Source: a virus. Taken from it: 40,601 bases of DNA. How positions within the stretch are numbered: position 1 is the first letter of the stretch; every line of letters begins with the position of its first letter. Shown in pieces: positions 1 to 9,776 of the stretch. Below the pieces are notes generated by a model, which was given only the letters and a program-made list of their open reading frames with translations, searched no databases and was not told the origin of the DNA. The translations under genes and the position numbers were made by a program. Location of the stretch: IMG/VR virus record IMGVR_UViG_3300027509_000007; one strand, 5' to 3'.

Positions 1-127
1 ACCACGAACTACAGTATTAAATGTTGCATCGCTTGTATTAAGTTTTAACTCTGCTCCACCATTTTTATTGACTATTATAGCGTCTGATACCGAATTCCAA
101 TAAACTTGACCTTTGGTGCTGCCAGAA
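1..127. repeat. Terminal overlap, copy 1. It is identical to 40475..40601 and marks a circular contig.
   Basis: Reading both ends shows 1..127 identical to 40475..40601. The minus-strand reading frame stays open and in frame across the junction. Confidence 0.95.
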
Positions 128-2994
128 TCTGTAAATCTTAAAAATGCACTACCTGATGTTGAATCAATTTTAATTAAAGGAGTAGCTTTGCTGACACTTA
201 AATCACCAGTCATGGTATCGCCAGCTTTATTAACTTTTAAATTTAGGTCACTATCAACTTCTGATTTCTGATAATAGCGAATATCACCACGAGCATCATT
301 GTGGTATTGAGTATGATCATCTGCGCTAAGACCGAGTAAATCACTATGGCTTTCTGCTGTTATATCTTGAAGTGCTGTATCAGCTAATGCTCCTTGTGCA
401 CTTGTTGCAAATATAGAAGCATCATAATCTGAGATATCGTTTAATGTGTGGGTGTGGGATACATTACTAAAATTATTATCAACATATAATTTAGTTGTTA
501 AATCAGTATCTCCAACTGGTGTAGAACCGCGAACTACAGTATTAAATTCTGCTGATGATGCACCCAATGTAATAGTTGAGCCGCCTGTACGTTTAACAAC
601 AAAACTATCTTGACTAGCATCGTAATATAATTGGCTTCTGATAGTATTAGTTTCTTTGAAAGTAATAGTTGAATCTTCATCAAAATTTGAATCTAATATA
701 AGTTTTGGTGAGACATTATCTATCTCAAGATTGCCAGTCATGGTTGCGCCAGCCAAATCTAATTTGTCATCAAGCAATCCATCAGCCAAAGTTTTTGTAT
801 AGTATCGAGCATCACCGCGAGCCTGATTATAATAATGTGGATGGTCATCATCATTACGTCCTGATAACGCTCCGTGATCAGTAACAGCATCTGTCTTTGT
901 GGTTGGCTCCCACTTTCCGGTTGAACTATTGTAATTAAGCTGCTGACCATTAGTAGGTGTGCCAGATACATCATTCAAGTCTTGTAAATTTTCAGATGTT
1001 ATATCTTGAAGTGCTGTAGCGGCCAAATCACCTTCTGCTCCAGTTGCATAGTCATCACTTGAAAAATCTGTAATATCACTTAAAGAATGTGAGTGCACTG
1101 CATCAGCATAATCTGAATCACTGAAATCAGTAAGGTCACTCTTAGTATGCAAGTGGTTTTCCAATGAAATAGCAACTCGTGCACCTTGCAAACCTGCTGT
1201 CCATTTGTCGGTGCTATCGTCAAACAGCAATTCAGCAGCAGTTTCAGAACCACGATCAATTAATAATCCAGCAGTTCCAGCAGTAACGCCAGCACCTACT
1301 TCACCTGAATTTAATTCAATCGTATTATCAGAGATTTCAGTATCTGTTGAATTAACACTTGTCTGTGTTCCTGTGACTGTCAAATTTCCTGAGATAACAA
1401 CATCGTCTGAGAAACTTTTCACACCAGCTATAGATTCTGCACCAGTAAGACTAACCTTCGAATCGATATCATTTTGAAGCTGTGTATTGGTTGTGTTCTG
1501 TGTACTTTGATTTGCATCGACATTGCTCTGGACGTTCGCCACACTACCGTCATTTGATACTTTATAAGCGTCGATATCAGCCTGTATGACACCATCAGCA
1601 TTAGTCCTGTCAGTGACTTCAGTGTTGATCGCGCTGGTGTTCGCTGTGTCTGCATTCTGCCTAGCCGTTGATTCAGAAGCCAACGCACTATCGTTAGAAT
1701 TTTTGTATGCTGTTAACTCGGATTGGATAACACCATCAGCATTCGTTCTGTCAGTGACTTCAGTTGACAATGAATTATTAGTTGAAACCTTGTAAGCATC
1801 TAAGTCACTTTGAATTACACCATCAGCATTTGTTCTATCTGTGACTTCCGTGTTAATCGCATTGGTGTTTGCTGTGTCTGCATTTTGTCTGTCTGTTATT
1901 TCATCACTCAGATCAGATTCAATCGAAGCGTTCTTGGCAGTCTGTTGTGTCTCGAACGAACTAAGATCACCAGCCACAGTTGCAGTTGCAGAAGCCGCCA
2001 TTGTCGCATTGCTTGCCACAGCAGCATTGATAGTAGTATCAGCAGCAGCTCTACTGGCAGCTTCAGAATTAACTAAATTAGTTAAATTAGTATCAAGATT
2101 ACTTACATCTGTTTCAGTTGCAGTTAATCGAGCATCCTGCTGACCATCTGTAATAGCCTGATTGCTCACAATGGCGGCATCAGACGCTGTACGGCCTGTG
2201 TTCTCCGCACTGATGCTGTCACTCAAGTTGGTCAGTGTTGTGGCTGTGCTGCTCTTGTACGTAGCCAGATCAGTGCTTTCTGTTGCTCGTGCGCTCTGGA
2301 TAGTCGAAATTGATGCATCGATTGCATCAATTTCAGTTTGAAGATCAGATTTTAAATCTCCAAAATTAATCTTTTTATGAACATCACCTGATTCATCAAA
2401 AAATGGAATTGCATCTAGATCATCGATGGTGCTCTCAGCAGCTAATCCATCCACATCCATTCTGAACGATGGATTTCCAAGCTCACCACTCCCTTGATCA
2501 ACTTTTACTCCTTCAAATCCGATCATTGAACGGGTTGTAAAGCTATTCTTACCAACCTTTGCCGCTATTCCATTGGGCACACTGTCATCAGCAATAGCCG
2601 TAAACGTGTCACCAGTAAGTGGGTCATTGATCTTTGTTAGGTCTTTTGAAATACGAACGTCACCAGCCAGAACCCGTTCTGTAATATCAATGACTTTAGA
2701 TAATTCACAACTGTATTGTAATAACAATGTTGAACCACGAAATGTCAATGAGCCAGTGCTGGCAGCAGAGAAGCGCATCTCAACAACACCATCTGGCAAT
2801 ATTGCCAAACCTGAATTCTCAGTGGTTAAAGTAATTAATTGAGTGGAGGAATTAACGGACTTTCGAACGTGCATTTCACCCGACACGAATCCTTCTGCAA
2901 TTAAATCGCGTGGATTGCCTAAACTGTCTCTGATTACAGCTTGGATTACGGTTGTGCTGCCTTGATTTATTTTGATGGGAAATACTGTAGTCAT
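1..2994 (-). CDS. Tail fibre protein, N-terminal 998 codons. The ORF runs off the left edge and continues at 40474 after circular closure.
   Basis: Manual translation from the ATG at 2994..2992 (AGGA about 9 nt upstream) down to position 1 found no stop codon. The ORF track misses it because no stop lies in the window on this side. The protein begins MTTVFPIKINQGSTTV. It carries the motifs GDTMTG(D/N)L, HTHTLNDISDYD / HSHSLSDITDF / HLHTKSDLTDF (HxH tail-fibre repeats), DDHxQY..ARGD.RYY, and TTKxYVD. Confidence 0.85.
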   Translation of the reverse strand, partial: MTTVFPIKINQGSTTVIQAVIRDSLGNPRDLIAEGFVSGEMHVRKSVNSSTQLITLTTENSGLAILPDGVVEMRFSAASTGSLTFRGSTLLLQYSCELSKVIDITERVLAGDVRISKDLTKINDPLTGDTFTAIADDSVPNGIAAKVGKNSFTTRSMIGFEGVKVDQGSGELGNPSFRMDVDGLAAESTIDDLDAIPFFDESGDVHKKINFGDLKSDLQTEIDAIDASISTIQSARATESTDLATYKSSTATTLTNLSDSISAENTGRTASDAAIVSNQAITDGQQDARLTATETDVSNLDTNLTNLVNSEAASRAAADTTINAAVASNATMAASATATVAGDLSSFETQQTAKNASIESDLSDEITDRQNADTANTNAINTEVTDRTNADGVIQSDLDAYKVSTNNSLSTEVTDRTNADGVIQSELTAYKNSNDSALASESTARQNADTANTSAINTEVTDRTNADGVIQADIDAYKVSNDGSVANVQSNVDANQSTQNTTNTQLQNDIDSKVSLTGAESIAGVKSFSDDVVISGNLTVTGTQTSVNSTDTEISDNTIELNSGEVGAGVTAGTAGLLIDRGSETAAELLFDDSTDKWTAGLQGARVAISLENHLHTKSDLTDFSDSDYADAVHSHSLSDITDFSSDDYATGAEGDLAATALQDITSENLQDLNDVSGTPTNGQQLNYNSSTGKWEPTTKTDAVTDHGALSGRNDDDHPHYYNQARGDARYYTKTLADGLLDDKLDLAGATMTGNLEIDNVSPKLILDSNFDEDSTITFKETNTIRSQLYYDASQDSFVVKRTGGSTITLGASSAEFNTVVRGSTPVGDTDLTTKLYVDNNFSNVSHTHTLNDISDYDASIFATSAQGALADTALQDITAESHSDLLGLSADDHTQYHNDARGDIRYYQKSEVDSDLNLKVNKAGDTMTGDLSVSKATPLIKIDSTSGSAFLRFTDSGSTKGQVYWNSVSDAIIVNKNGGAELKLNTSDATFNTVVRG
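1591..1848 (-). repeat. Three imperfect 30-nt copies (1591..1620, 1732..1761, 1819..1848) encoding the repeated peptide EVTDRTNADGVIQ within the tail-fibre shaft.
   Basis: The plus strand reads accatcagcatt(a/c/t)gt(c/t)ct(g/a)tc(a/t)gtgacttc three times. The flanking QNADTANT(N/S)AINT is also duplicated. Confidence 0.8.
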
Positions 2995-2997
2995 ATG

Positions 2998-3024
2998 AAA
3001 ATCCTAGATAGATAATGTATTTAT
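2998..3024 (-). promoter_or_regulatory. Conserved 27-nt leader block, copy 1, directly upstream of the tail-fibre ATG. Minus sense: ATAAATACATTATCTAT-CT-AGGATTTT.
   Basis: 25 of 27 nt are identical to 14992..15018, including an exact 17-mer. Both copies end 3-4 nt before an ATG and contain the AGGA Shine-Dalgarno. Confidence 0.6.
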
Positions 3025-3041
3025 CTAAGATTTGGCAGCTA

Positions 3042-3884
3042 TTAAGACACTAGTTTCTTTGTGATCTTCATGTATTCCGTGGCTATACCCAATGTGGATA
3101 AATTGTTAGCCGGTATTTGAAAACGCGCTTGCGTTTGAAGTTTGATATGGTATTGAGTACCAGCATCCAAATGCACTAGTGCTGTGTCTATAAAAAACTG
3201 TCTGTCCAATGAAGTATCTTTTAACATTACTATTGGATGTTTATTGCCTCGATAAACTACGGTCTGACTTCCTGACACTTCCTGAATTTCAATCCATGCT
3301 TCTATAACAATTACGCTACCGGCCATGTAGGTATAAACATTACTCTCTCTTGTGTTTAGTTCTACGTGAAATTCAACTAGTTCATCAACCACTGGCGTAT
3401 ATGTGATTTGTTCAGTTGTATATGTGTTTCCATTCGGAATTGTTGAATTGCCCTCGTCAACTAGCTCCTTTTCCCAGCTAGTAATCAAATGCTGTTCAAA
3501 ATCTGGTGCTCCTACTACTGGATATGTCAACAGTGAAGTGTTAGTTGAATTAAGATTTGATACCGTGTTTGGCTGACCAGTGAACCACCATTGGAACAAA
3601 TTTGGAACAGCTTCAGGAGCTTGACCATCATTGTATGCTGGATGATTTGGATCAGTAACAGATCGCGCTGTGAAACCATCATTAGTAGAATTAACAACGT
3701 GTGTTGATGGATGTGGTTCCTGCACATTGGTTGATTCGACTATCTCAAACGCAATCAACGTATTATTTGTATTGCTATTTAAATTAGTCAAGTATTGGCT
3801 GATCGTTGTTGAATCATTTAGATCAACGATACTGTCGATGTTTTTTGTTGCATCTTCAAAAATGCAGTGTCTTGTGTTTGCCAT
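3042..3884 (-). CDS. Hypothetical protein, 280 aa, lying between the J-like gene and the tail fibre. It is probably tail-associated.
   Basis: Long ORF with an ATG start, and position within the tail module. I recognised no family motif. Confidence 0.6.
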   Translation of the reverse strand: MANTRHCIFEDATKNIDSIVDLNDSTTISQYLTNLNSNTNNTLIAFEIVESTNVQEPHPSTHVVNSTNDGFTARSVTDPNHPAYNDGQAPEAVPNLFQWWFTGQPNTVSNLNSTNTSLLTYPVVGAPDFEQHLITSWEKELVDEGNSTIPNGNTYTTEQITYTPVVDELVEFHVELNTRESNVYTYMAGSVIVIEAWIEIQEVSGSQTVVYRGNKHPIVMLKDTSLDRQFFIDTALVHLDAGTQYHIKLQTQARFQIPANNLSTLGIATEYMKITKKLVS

Positions 3885-3890
3885 ATTAAA

Positions 3891-6800
3891 TTACCTCAAA
3901 AACACGGTGGCTGTATAGCTTGGTTGTAGAACCATTCCGTAACGCCAAACCGCTGCTCTCTGACTATTGCTTCCAGCAGATGCACCACCTGAATAACTTG
4001 GATTAAAAAACGCTAGGTTATTATCATCTAATCTAAATCTAACAACATTGGACAATGCAGGATTTGGATGAACTGGAATACTGTATTTAAGCGTTGCTGT
4101 TAATGTCATTGCGTGATGGTTTGCAACACAGTTATTAGCTTGCGTTGAAATGTCTGGTAATACTCGCAGCCCTGACACAGTGCCACTGGTTCCAGTCCAT
4201 TCGTGGTACATAGATAGATTGCTGGCCATGTGCCAATTACTGCTCACCTTCGAGCGCATGGCTAATATGGCATTGATTTGCAAAATCACATCAACATTGC
4301 CACTGCCAATCGTATTTTCTGGAGGAATGTACACAAACAATGTTTGAAAACCATTCATGTTTGATGTGGTGATAGGTGTTCCATTCTGCGTCCCACCAAC
4401 ACCCTTAATCAGTCCCTGAATTGTGGAATCTGTGGCTGAGGAACGGTGAATCCAAGAACCAGCAGCTCCACTGCCAGCATTTGGTTTCCATAGATGTGCG
4501 TGATAATAAGAACCAGCTATAGTTGTAGTGATTGAATTTTGAGCCACACTTAACGTATCAACAGCAGCAGTCTTGATGTTAGCTTTGCTTGCTACGATTT
4601 CATTTGCACCAACTGAATCAGCCGTAACAGCACCAGCATCAATATTATTTGCCTTAACAGCATCTGCTGCCAACTCCACAGTTGTAATTGCATTTGCTTG
4701 TATTTCATTTGCTGTTATTGCATTTGTTGCTATCTGCTGTGATGTAATACTACGTGCAACCAAACGATCAGCATCTACACCCCCTGCTATTAGGGTATTT
4801 GTGCCTATAGTTTGCGCGGTAACACGATTTCCGTGAACCGTTGCAGCTCCACCATTGACAATGAATGCGTTGGTATTTCTATTGTGTTGGGCAATAATTA
4901 CTTGACGTTCAGCGATAGCCTCTTTGAGTTCTGTTGTACCTTTAATCTTATGTAAATTGCCGGTATATCGATATAGATTGGAAGCAGCATCCACTAAAAC
5001 ACGATTATTGTTTATGTGTGTATCATTTGGAATTGAGATGTAAACATAAAGGTATTGTTCACCATTATCCTGTGTGTTGTCTGGAGAACTGCGAACGTAA
5101 TCGTGATTCGAAAAATTATCAAAAGAATCAAAGATGATCTTTGATGAATCAGCTCTATTAAATTGAATGGACACACCACTAGGTGCAATACTAATAACAC
5201 GGTTACTTCCAGTCGTGTTGTAATCTAATCCATCAAATGGCGGCTGAAGTTGAAACGCATTATTTACGAAGCGTTCGTCTATACGGCAGTCTCCCAAATA
5301 ATTTTCAAATTCTTCTATGTCAATTGATATTGCTGGAGCTGTTTGAACAGCACTGATGTTCCAATTACCAAATGTTAGATAATGATTTAAATCATTTGTC
5401 ATAGTGTCATACGGACATACGTAAAAAATATAATCTTTTTGTTGTTCAGCAGATGTGAACGTTCTTAAACTTGGGTCTGTGTGAATTACTTCAACTGAAC
5501 CATTCTCAACAGCAGCTAGTCTCTGAGCAGCATTCCCAAATGGAACAGTGTCATCATCGCCTTTTAATATAAAGTATCCAGCAAGATCATCATCTGTAGT
5601 GTTGGCATTTAGAGTCACACGAATTTCAGATGTTGAATTAACAAAGGTGTCGAATGTTACGCCAGCAGGAAAAGCATTAAAGAATGTTCTTGCTGTTCCA
5701 GTAGTATCACCACCAATTCTTTTTCCATGAATGTCAGTGGCATAGATTTTAACGTTCAGATTTCTTTGCAGTCCATTACTTTTCTTTGGTGAACCATCAG
5801 CTTTGAATCCCTGAAATGAACTAAGATTTTCAGCAACAGTTAAAGTATCTTCAAATATCTTTAATGAACCTTCAGATCTAAATGCAGTTGGATTAACAAC
5901 ATGTGATGCAATAAGACCAGAACCATCACCCGCAAAATACTCAACAACATAACCTTGTAACGGGTCTGCTAGATTCAAATCGTTCGAACCATCAACATCA
6001 AATTCAACAGTTAAATTGGCTTCAGTGAAATCAATGGTTCCTGTTGTGGCTCTTGCTCCACCTTTTAATCGAAGTTCTGTTGGACGTGTCAGACTTGATA
6101 CCGCAGCAGCTAGATTTTCAAAATCATATCCTTCAACAATGACAGCAGGAGATTCAACACCAAGCACTGATTTTGCCACCAGTCTCATATCATAGAAACC
6201 TTTTGGTGCATCAGAGACAGTGTATTCAGTGTTCTTTGTCGTTACATAATTCCATTCACTTGAATTCACAGCCCACCGCAAAAAGTATTCACTAATTAAA
6301 TCATCATTGTTCGCAGGCTTCCATACTAGACGTAAATTGGTCGATGTTGTATCAGTGGTTGCATTGTAGAAGTTCTCTGGAAAATAACCTGTTCCATCAG
6401 TATCTGTTGCTTCCACTGTAAAGATCGGTGCAGGTAGATTGCTTGATTCATAATTTGTTAAAGGTCTACTTGGTAACTGAACACCAACATCGATATTTGA
6501 AAATGATTCGTCACGGTATTCTTTTCCAACCACTGTGAATGAACCAAATTCTTCAGTAGATTCAGTGATAGATACCACTTCATAATCTGCTGGTTCAGCA
6601 GCACCTGTGTAGATATACCATTGACGATTAGCAGGAGCTGCAAAGTTACTCACTGAATTGTCAGATACGAATCTCCATTGGCTGTGCTTAATACGAGTGA
6701 CACCAGACACAACAGATACGGAAGTGACATTGGCTTCCAGCACATCACCATTATCATCAAGGCGTCCAATCTTCCAATTCGAGCCACTTGATAAATCAAC

Positions 6801-8477
6801 AGGACGATCAACGTTGGTATTTAAAGTATTAGAACCCGCAACAGTTCGACCAGATGATTGTTCATCTAGTTCTGGGTCGTATGTTCCTGAACCAAAACTT
6901 CCACCGAGGTTGATCAGATCATTGTCAATTATGGAAATTCTATCCCCGACCCTGAAATTGGCTGAAGTAAATCCAGTTTGAAAAGTAACCACTCTTGTAT
7001 TTCTAAGTGTTCGTTCAAGTATGTAACGACAATGGCGACGAACTTCAGCTTCATTGGTTAAACCTTGAAGCGTTACCTCTTGAACCATTTCTCCATATAG
7101 TGCAATGCCTGCATCATCTCTTTCTTCAATAACTCGTTCAACAAAATCCAGTTCTTCATCTAGGAATCGTGCACGAATAACCGAAATACGTTGAGATATA
7201 TCAGTGAACGAATAATTAAATCCATCGACTGTTGCTGTTGTGGTTACAACAGATGATTTGTCTTTTTGCTTATCCGATATTACCGTGATCAAACCACCAT
7301 CGAGAACAATGTAACTTCGATATATCCCTGCAAAACTTTGCAATCGAGTGATCGGATCTTGCTGATCTGTCATTTGCATATTGCAAGAAAATCGAGGTGC
7401 ATTAATGTCTGACCCATCAGTGTCAGTATATTGAAGTATCTCATCGCAGAAGTTTGCAAATTCAACGAACGAATAAACATCTATTTCAGAGTACGGTATA
7501 CCCATTCCATATTCAGAGTTGTTTATTAATGAAAGCAGACACCATGCTGGACAATTCGTATAGGCTTGTTTCATGCCTACACCATTCCATCCATTACCCA
7601 TTGTTCTGGTAGTCGCGTTATAAACATTTGGCATATCGACAATCATGCCGTACACATCATATTCAATGCCACTGATGCTGGCTGAATTATCTTCTGATGC
7701 AGGTACAGTTAATCCAGCGACACTCAGATTTTCATACCGTTCTTTGTGCTCGATTATTTCTGTGATTCCAGTGACGAATATTGAATCAGCTTTTTTATTA
7801 ACATCATAGTCATCATCTGGTGAACGCTTACGAACGAGCACTTCCCATCTGTCTGTTGGGCCTACACTGTCTGGTCGTTGTACACGATAGGTAATAGAAT
7901 AAGGTGACAACACTTTTCCGACTATATTACCTTCTTCACGGCGTGAACTTGATACAATGCTTGGTGTAATGAATGTGGAACCTAGTGATCGTGTATGTAT
8001 TGATAATCGAGTGTCGTTTCCGTACTGTTCACCATCATCATTGATTGAAATTAAACTTGAAATTGTTATTTGCACAAGCAATGCATCAACATCACCATCA
8101 CTGGTAGCATAAACATAGTCTTGTGCTGATTGATCTTTTGTATCGCCAACAGATAAATTACCACCTTTAGTAATTCGAAAGCCTTGTGCATTGCCTAGCC
8201 CTGCATCTGCATTTGAAACTGGACTGGCTATTTCAGTGAAGCCTTGTAAAAAGGATTGAATTGGAGTTCCTTCTTTAAAATCCAACAACACGTTTGGATA
8301 ATTAAATTCACCCGCCGATGTCTTAACAGGATTTCGATCAACATAAACCGACTGCAATTCATCTGATGAATTAACCAAACCCTCGATTTCACCGTGGCTT
8401 AATATATCTACAAATCTTGCAGTTGCTTGACTCTCTAAGACATCAGAAAATGTTGAAGGTGTTCTTTGATTAGCCAT
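3891..8477 (-). CDS. Lambda gpJ-like central tail fibre / host specificity protein, 1528 aa.
   Basis: The N-terminus (DILSHGEIEGLVNSSDELQSVYVDRNPV) parallels lambda J (DAISEGPIEGPVDGLKSVLLNSTPV). It follows I-, K-, L- and M-like genes. The C-terminal part has ANAITxxxI-type repeats. Confidence 0.85.
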   Translation of the reverse strand: MANQRTPSTFSDVLESQATARFVDILSHGEIEGLVNSSDELQSVYVDRNPVKTSAGEFNYPNVLLDFKEGTPIQSFLQGFTEIASPVSNADAGLGNAQGFRITKGGNLSVGDTKDQSAQDYVYATSDGDVDALLVQITISSLISINDDGEQYGNDTRLSIHTRSLGSTFITPSIVSSSRREEGNIVGKVLSPYSITYRVQRPDSVGPTDRWEVLVRKRSPDDDYDVNKKADSIFVTGITEIIEHKERYENLSVAGLTVPASEDNSASISGIEYDVYGMIVDMPNVYNATTRTMGNGWNGVGMKQAYTNCPAWCLLSLINNSEYGMGIPYSEIDVYSFVEFANFCDEILQYTDTDGSDINAPRFSCNMQMTDQQDPITRLQSFAGIYRSYIVLDGGLITVISDKQKDKSSVVTTTATVDGFNYSFTDISQRISVIRARFLDEELDFVERVIEERDDAGIALYGEMVQEVTLQGLTNEAEVRRHCRYILERTLRNTRVVTFQTGFTSANFRVGDRISIIDNDLINLGGSFGSGTYDPELDEQSSGRTVAGSNTLNTNVDRPVDLSSGSNWKIGRLDDNGDVLEANVTSVSVVSGVTRIKHSQWRFVSDNSVSNFAAPANRQWYIYTGAAEPADYEVVSITESTEEFGSFTVVGKEYRDESFSNIDVGVQLPSRPLTNYESSNLPAPIFTVEATDTDGTGYFPENFYNATTDTTSTNLRLVWKPANNDDLISEYFLRWAVNSSEWNYVTTKNTEYTVSDAPKGFYDMRLVAKSVLGVESPAVIVEGYDFENLAAAVSSLTRPTELRLKGGARATTGTIDFTEANLTVEFDVDGSNDLNLADPLQGYVVEYFAGDGSGLIASHVVNPTAFRSEGSLKIFEDTLTVAENLSSFQGFKADGSPKKSNGLQRNLNVKIYATDIHGKRIGGDTTGTARTFFNAFPAGVTFDTFVNSTSEIRVTLNANTTDDDLAGYFILKGDDDTVPFGNAAQRLAAVENGSVEVIHTDPSLRTFTSAEQQKDYIFYVCPYDTMTNDLNHYLTFGNWNISAVQTAPAISIDIEEFENYLGDCRIDERFVNNAFQLQPPFDGLDYNTTGSNRVISIAPSGVSIQFNRADSSKIIFDSFDNFSNHDYVRSSPDNTQDNGEQYLYVYISIPNDTHINNNRVLVDAASNLYRYTGNLHKIKGTTELKEAIAERQVIIAQHNRNTNAFIVNGGAATVHGNRVTAQTIGTNTLIAGGVDADRLVARSITSQQIATNAITANEIQANAITTVELAADAVKANNIDAGAVTADSVGANEIVASKANIKTAAVDTLSVAQNSITTTIAGSYYHAHLWKPNAGSGAAGSWIHRSSATDSTIQGLIKGVGGTQNGTPITTSNMNGFQTLFVYIPPENTIGSGNVDVILQINAILAMRSKVSSNWHMASNLSMYHEWTGTSGTVSGLRVLPDISTQANNCVANHHAMTLTATLKYSIPVHPNPALSNVVRFRLDDNNLAFFNPSYSGGASAGSNSQRAAVWRYGMVLQPSYTATVFLR

Positions 8478-9037
8478 TATTCTGGACGCCTCTCTTGCGT
8501 TACTTCAAGTGCTACGCGCAAACCTGATGCTCGAAATCTTCCAAACACTAATGGTATTGGTGAATTCTCATTGTTAACTCCACTGACACTTGAGTTCAGT
8601 GAACCTCTGGTGGTGTCTGCTTCATCAGGAATCAATCCCAATGTATAACCATAGGTGTATGCCAAAACAGCAGCCTTGAACAGATACGGACTCGCAGCAG
8701 CTAAAAATGGTGATGTAGCACCAGCAGTTAATACGGCTGATACAATTAAAACTGTGCCAAGTATATTAGCTGTTTGCTGCTCTGATGATTTCTCACCTTT
8801 GATTGCTGGATAGATATCAAGCACTTCACCTGATTGTGGAATTTTAAAATCATCAGCAGTTAATTTCTTTCCATCCAATTCAACTTGCCATTCACCCGCA
8901 GCAATCTCATTACGAAAACCTTTATGGTTGTAATTAATGTGGCTTATTGCCAATGGAATATTGTCGGACTGCAATTGATGAACGTTACCGTACTTGTCAC
9001 CTAATGGGCCGTGGAGATTAACTGTCTTGAGGTTCAT
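8477..9037 (-). CDS. Lambda gpI-like tail assembly protein, 186 aa.
   Basis: Position between the K-like and J-like genes, with a TAATG overlap onto J. The N-terminal region and hydrophobic C-terminal half fit the lambda I family, from memory. Confidence 0.65.
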   Translation of the reverse strand: MNLKTVNLHGPLGDKYGNVHQLQSDNIPLAISHINYNHKGFRNEIAAGEWQVELDGKKLTADDFKIPQSGEVLDIYPAIKGEKSSEQQTANILGTVLIVSAVLTAGATSPFLAAASPYLFKAAVLAYTYGYTLGLIPDEADTTRGSLNSSVSGVNNENSPIPLVFGRFRASGLRVALEVTQERRPE

Positions 9038-9776
9038 ATCTTAATACCTTTACAATGTAAGTCTGCCAACGTGAATATGGAGCCTCACAACTTAAATTTT
9101 TGAACATATGGTGAACGATTGTTCCACTGTCTTTATACAAAGCTATGTGGTTGGGTTTTGTTGATTTGTACTGCATTAACAAAACATCGTTTGGTTCAAT
9201 CATTCGTGGGTCTATTTCAATCCAACCATCTTCTTTAAAATGATCTAGATATTCACCTTGTGTTCCATCATCATTTGCCCACCATTCAAATTCAGTATCG
9301 TTTCGATCAACTATCTCGATATTTAATTCTTGCTTGTAATAATTTCTCACCAGTGTGAAACAGTCAAATATGTGGAAAATGAACGGATTTCCAATTAATT
9401 CATCTGCCATCACACCTAACCAGACTGGTTCATTAATTTGGTATCCATCACAGGCAACTATGCCCATTGGTACATCTAATGCCTTTTGGAGCCTGACATC
9501 TGCCACACTTGGAGTCCGTTCGTCGATACCACGTCTGACGTTGTTCCTTGCCTCCATGCTGTCTGGATCGAAGCAATGGGAATGCAGTAGGGCCGTTACA
9601 TTTTTAAGCCCGTAGAAGGCTCTAGAATCGCATTCAAAAGCATCATCAGAATCTGATATATTCTCAAGTCGCTTGTATCGCTTATTTGAGATAACACCAA
9701 CTGCTTCATTTGGATAACAGGCTTCAGCATGTTTACGGAATGCTTCTGTTTGAGCTTTTGTTAATTTAATTGTCAT
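9018..9776 (-). CDS. Lambda gpK-like tail protein with JAB/MPN and NlpC/P60 domains, 252 aa.
   Basis: N-terminal EAVGV...HSHC...S..D resembles a JAMM motif. C-terminal DCFTLV (Cys nucleophile) and HIALY...IVHH fit an NlpC/P60 pattern. Gene order matches lambda. Confidence 0.75.
   Translation of the reverse strand: MTIKLTKAQTEAFRKHAEACYPNEAVGVISNKRYKRLENISDSDDAFECDSRAFYGLKNVTALLHSHCFDPDSMEARNNVRRGIDERTPSVADVRLQKALDVPMGIVACDGYQINEPVWLGVMADELIGNPFIFHIFDCFTLVRNYYKQELNIEIVDRNDTEFEWWANDDGTQGEYLDHFKEDGWIEIDPRMIEPNDVLLMQYKSTKPNHIALYKDSGTIVHHMFKNLSCEAPYSRWQTYIVKVLRYEPQDS

Noticed and set aside
1-2994. Diversity-generating retroelement as the explanation for the near-identical repeats in the tail fibre gene.
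   Set aside because: No reverse transcriptase-like ORF exists anywhere in the 40.5-kb genome. The repeats are in-frame protein modules rather than a template/variable-region pair.
1-3041. Apparent 3-kb region without long ORFs. It could suggest non-coding DNA, a pseudogene field, or stop-codon reassignment.
   Set aside because: Manual translation of the minus strand from the ATG at 2994 finds an uninterrupted frame to position 1. The ORF caller lacks a stop codon because the gene crosses the window edge. The short listed ORFs (759..974, 1205..1477, 1428..1688, 1586..1795, 1810..2076, 1841..2143, 2573..2842) are off-frame or antisense artefacts of this gene.
4150-6981. Internal ORFs on both strands within the J-like gene (for example 4150..4347, 4573..4836, 5012..5200, 5548..5730, 6458..6643, 6658..6981).
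   Set aside because: All are nested in the 1528-aa ORF in other frames, are short, and have no start context. The same reasoning applies to nested ORFs in other large genes: 3527..3727, 3670..3918, 9355..9615, 17309..17518, 17653..17889, 18387..18584, 19119..19397, 20856..21068, 26941..27180, 27150..27413, 27747..27944, 28240..28479, 29066..29335, 32341..32547, 32550..32885, and 39462..39845.
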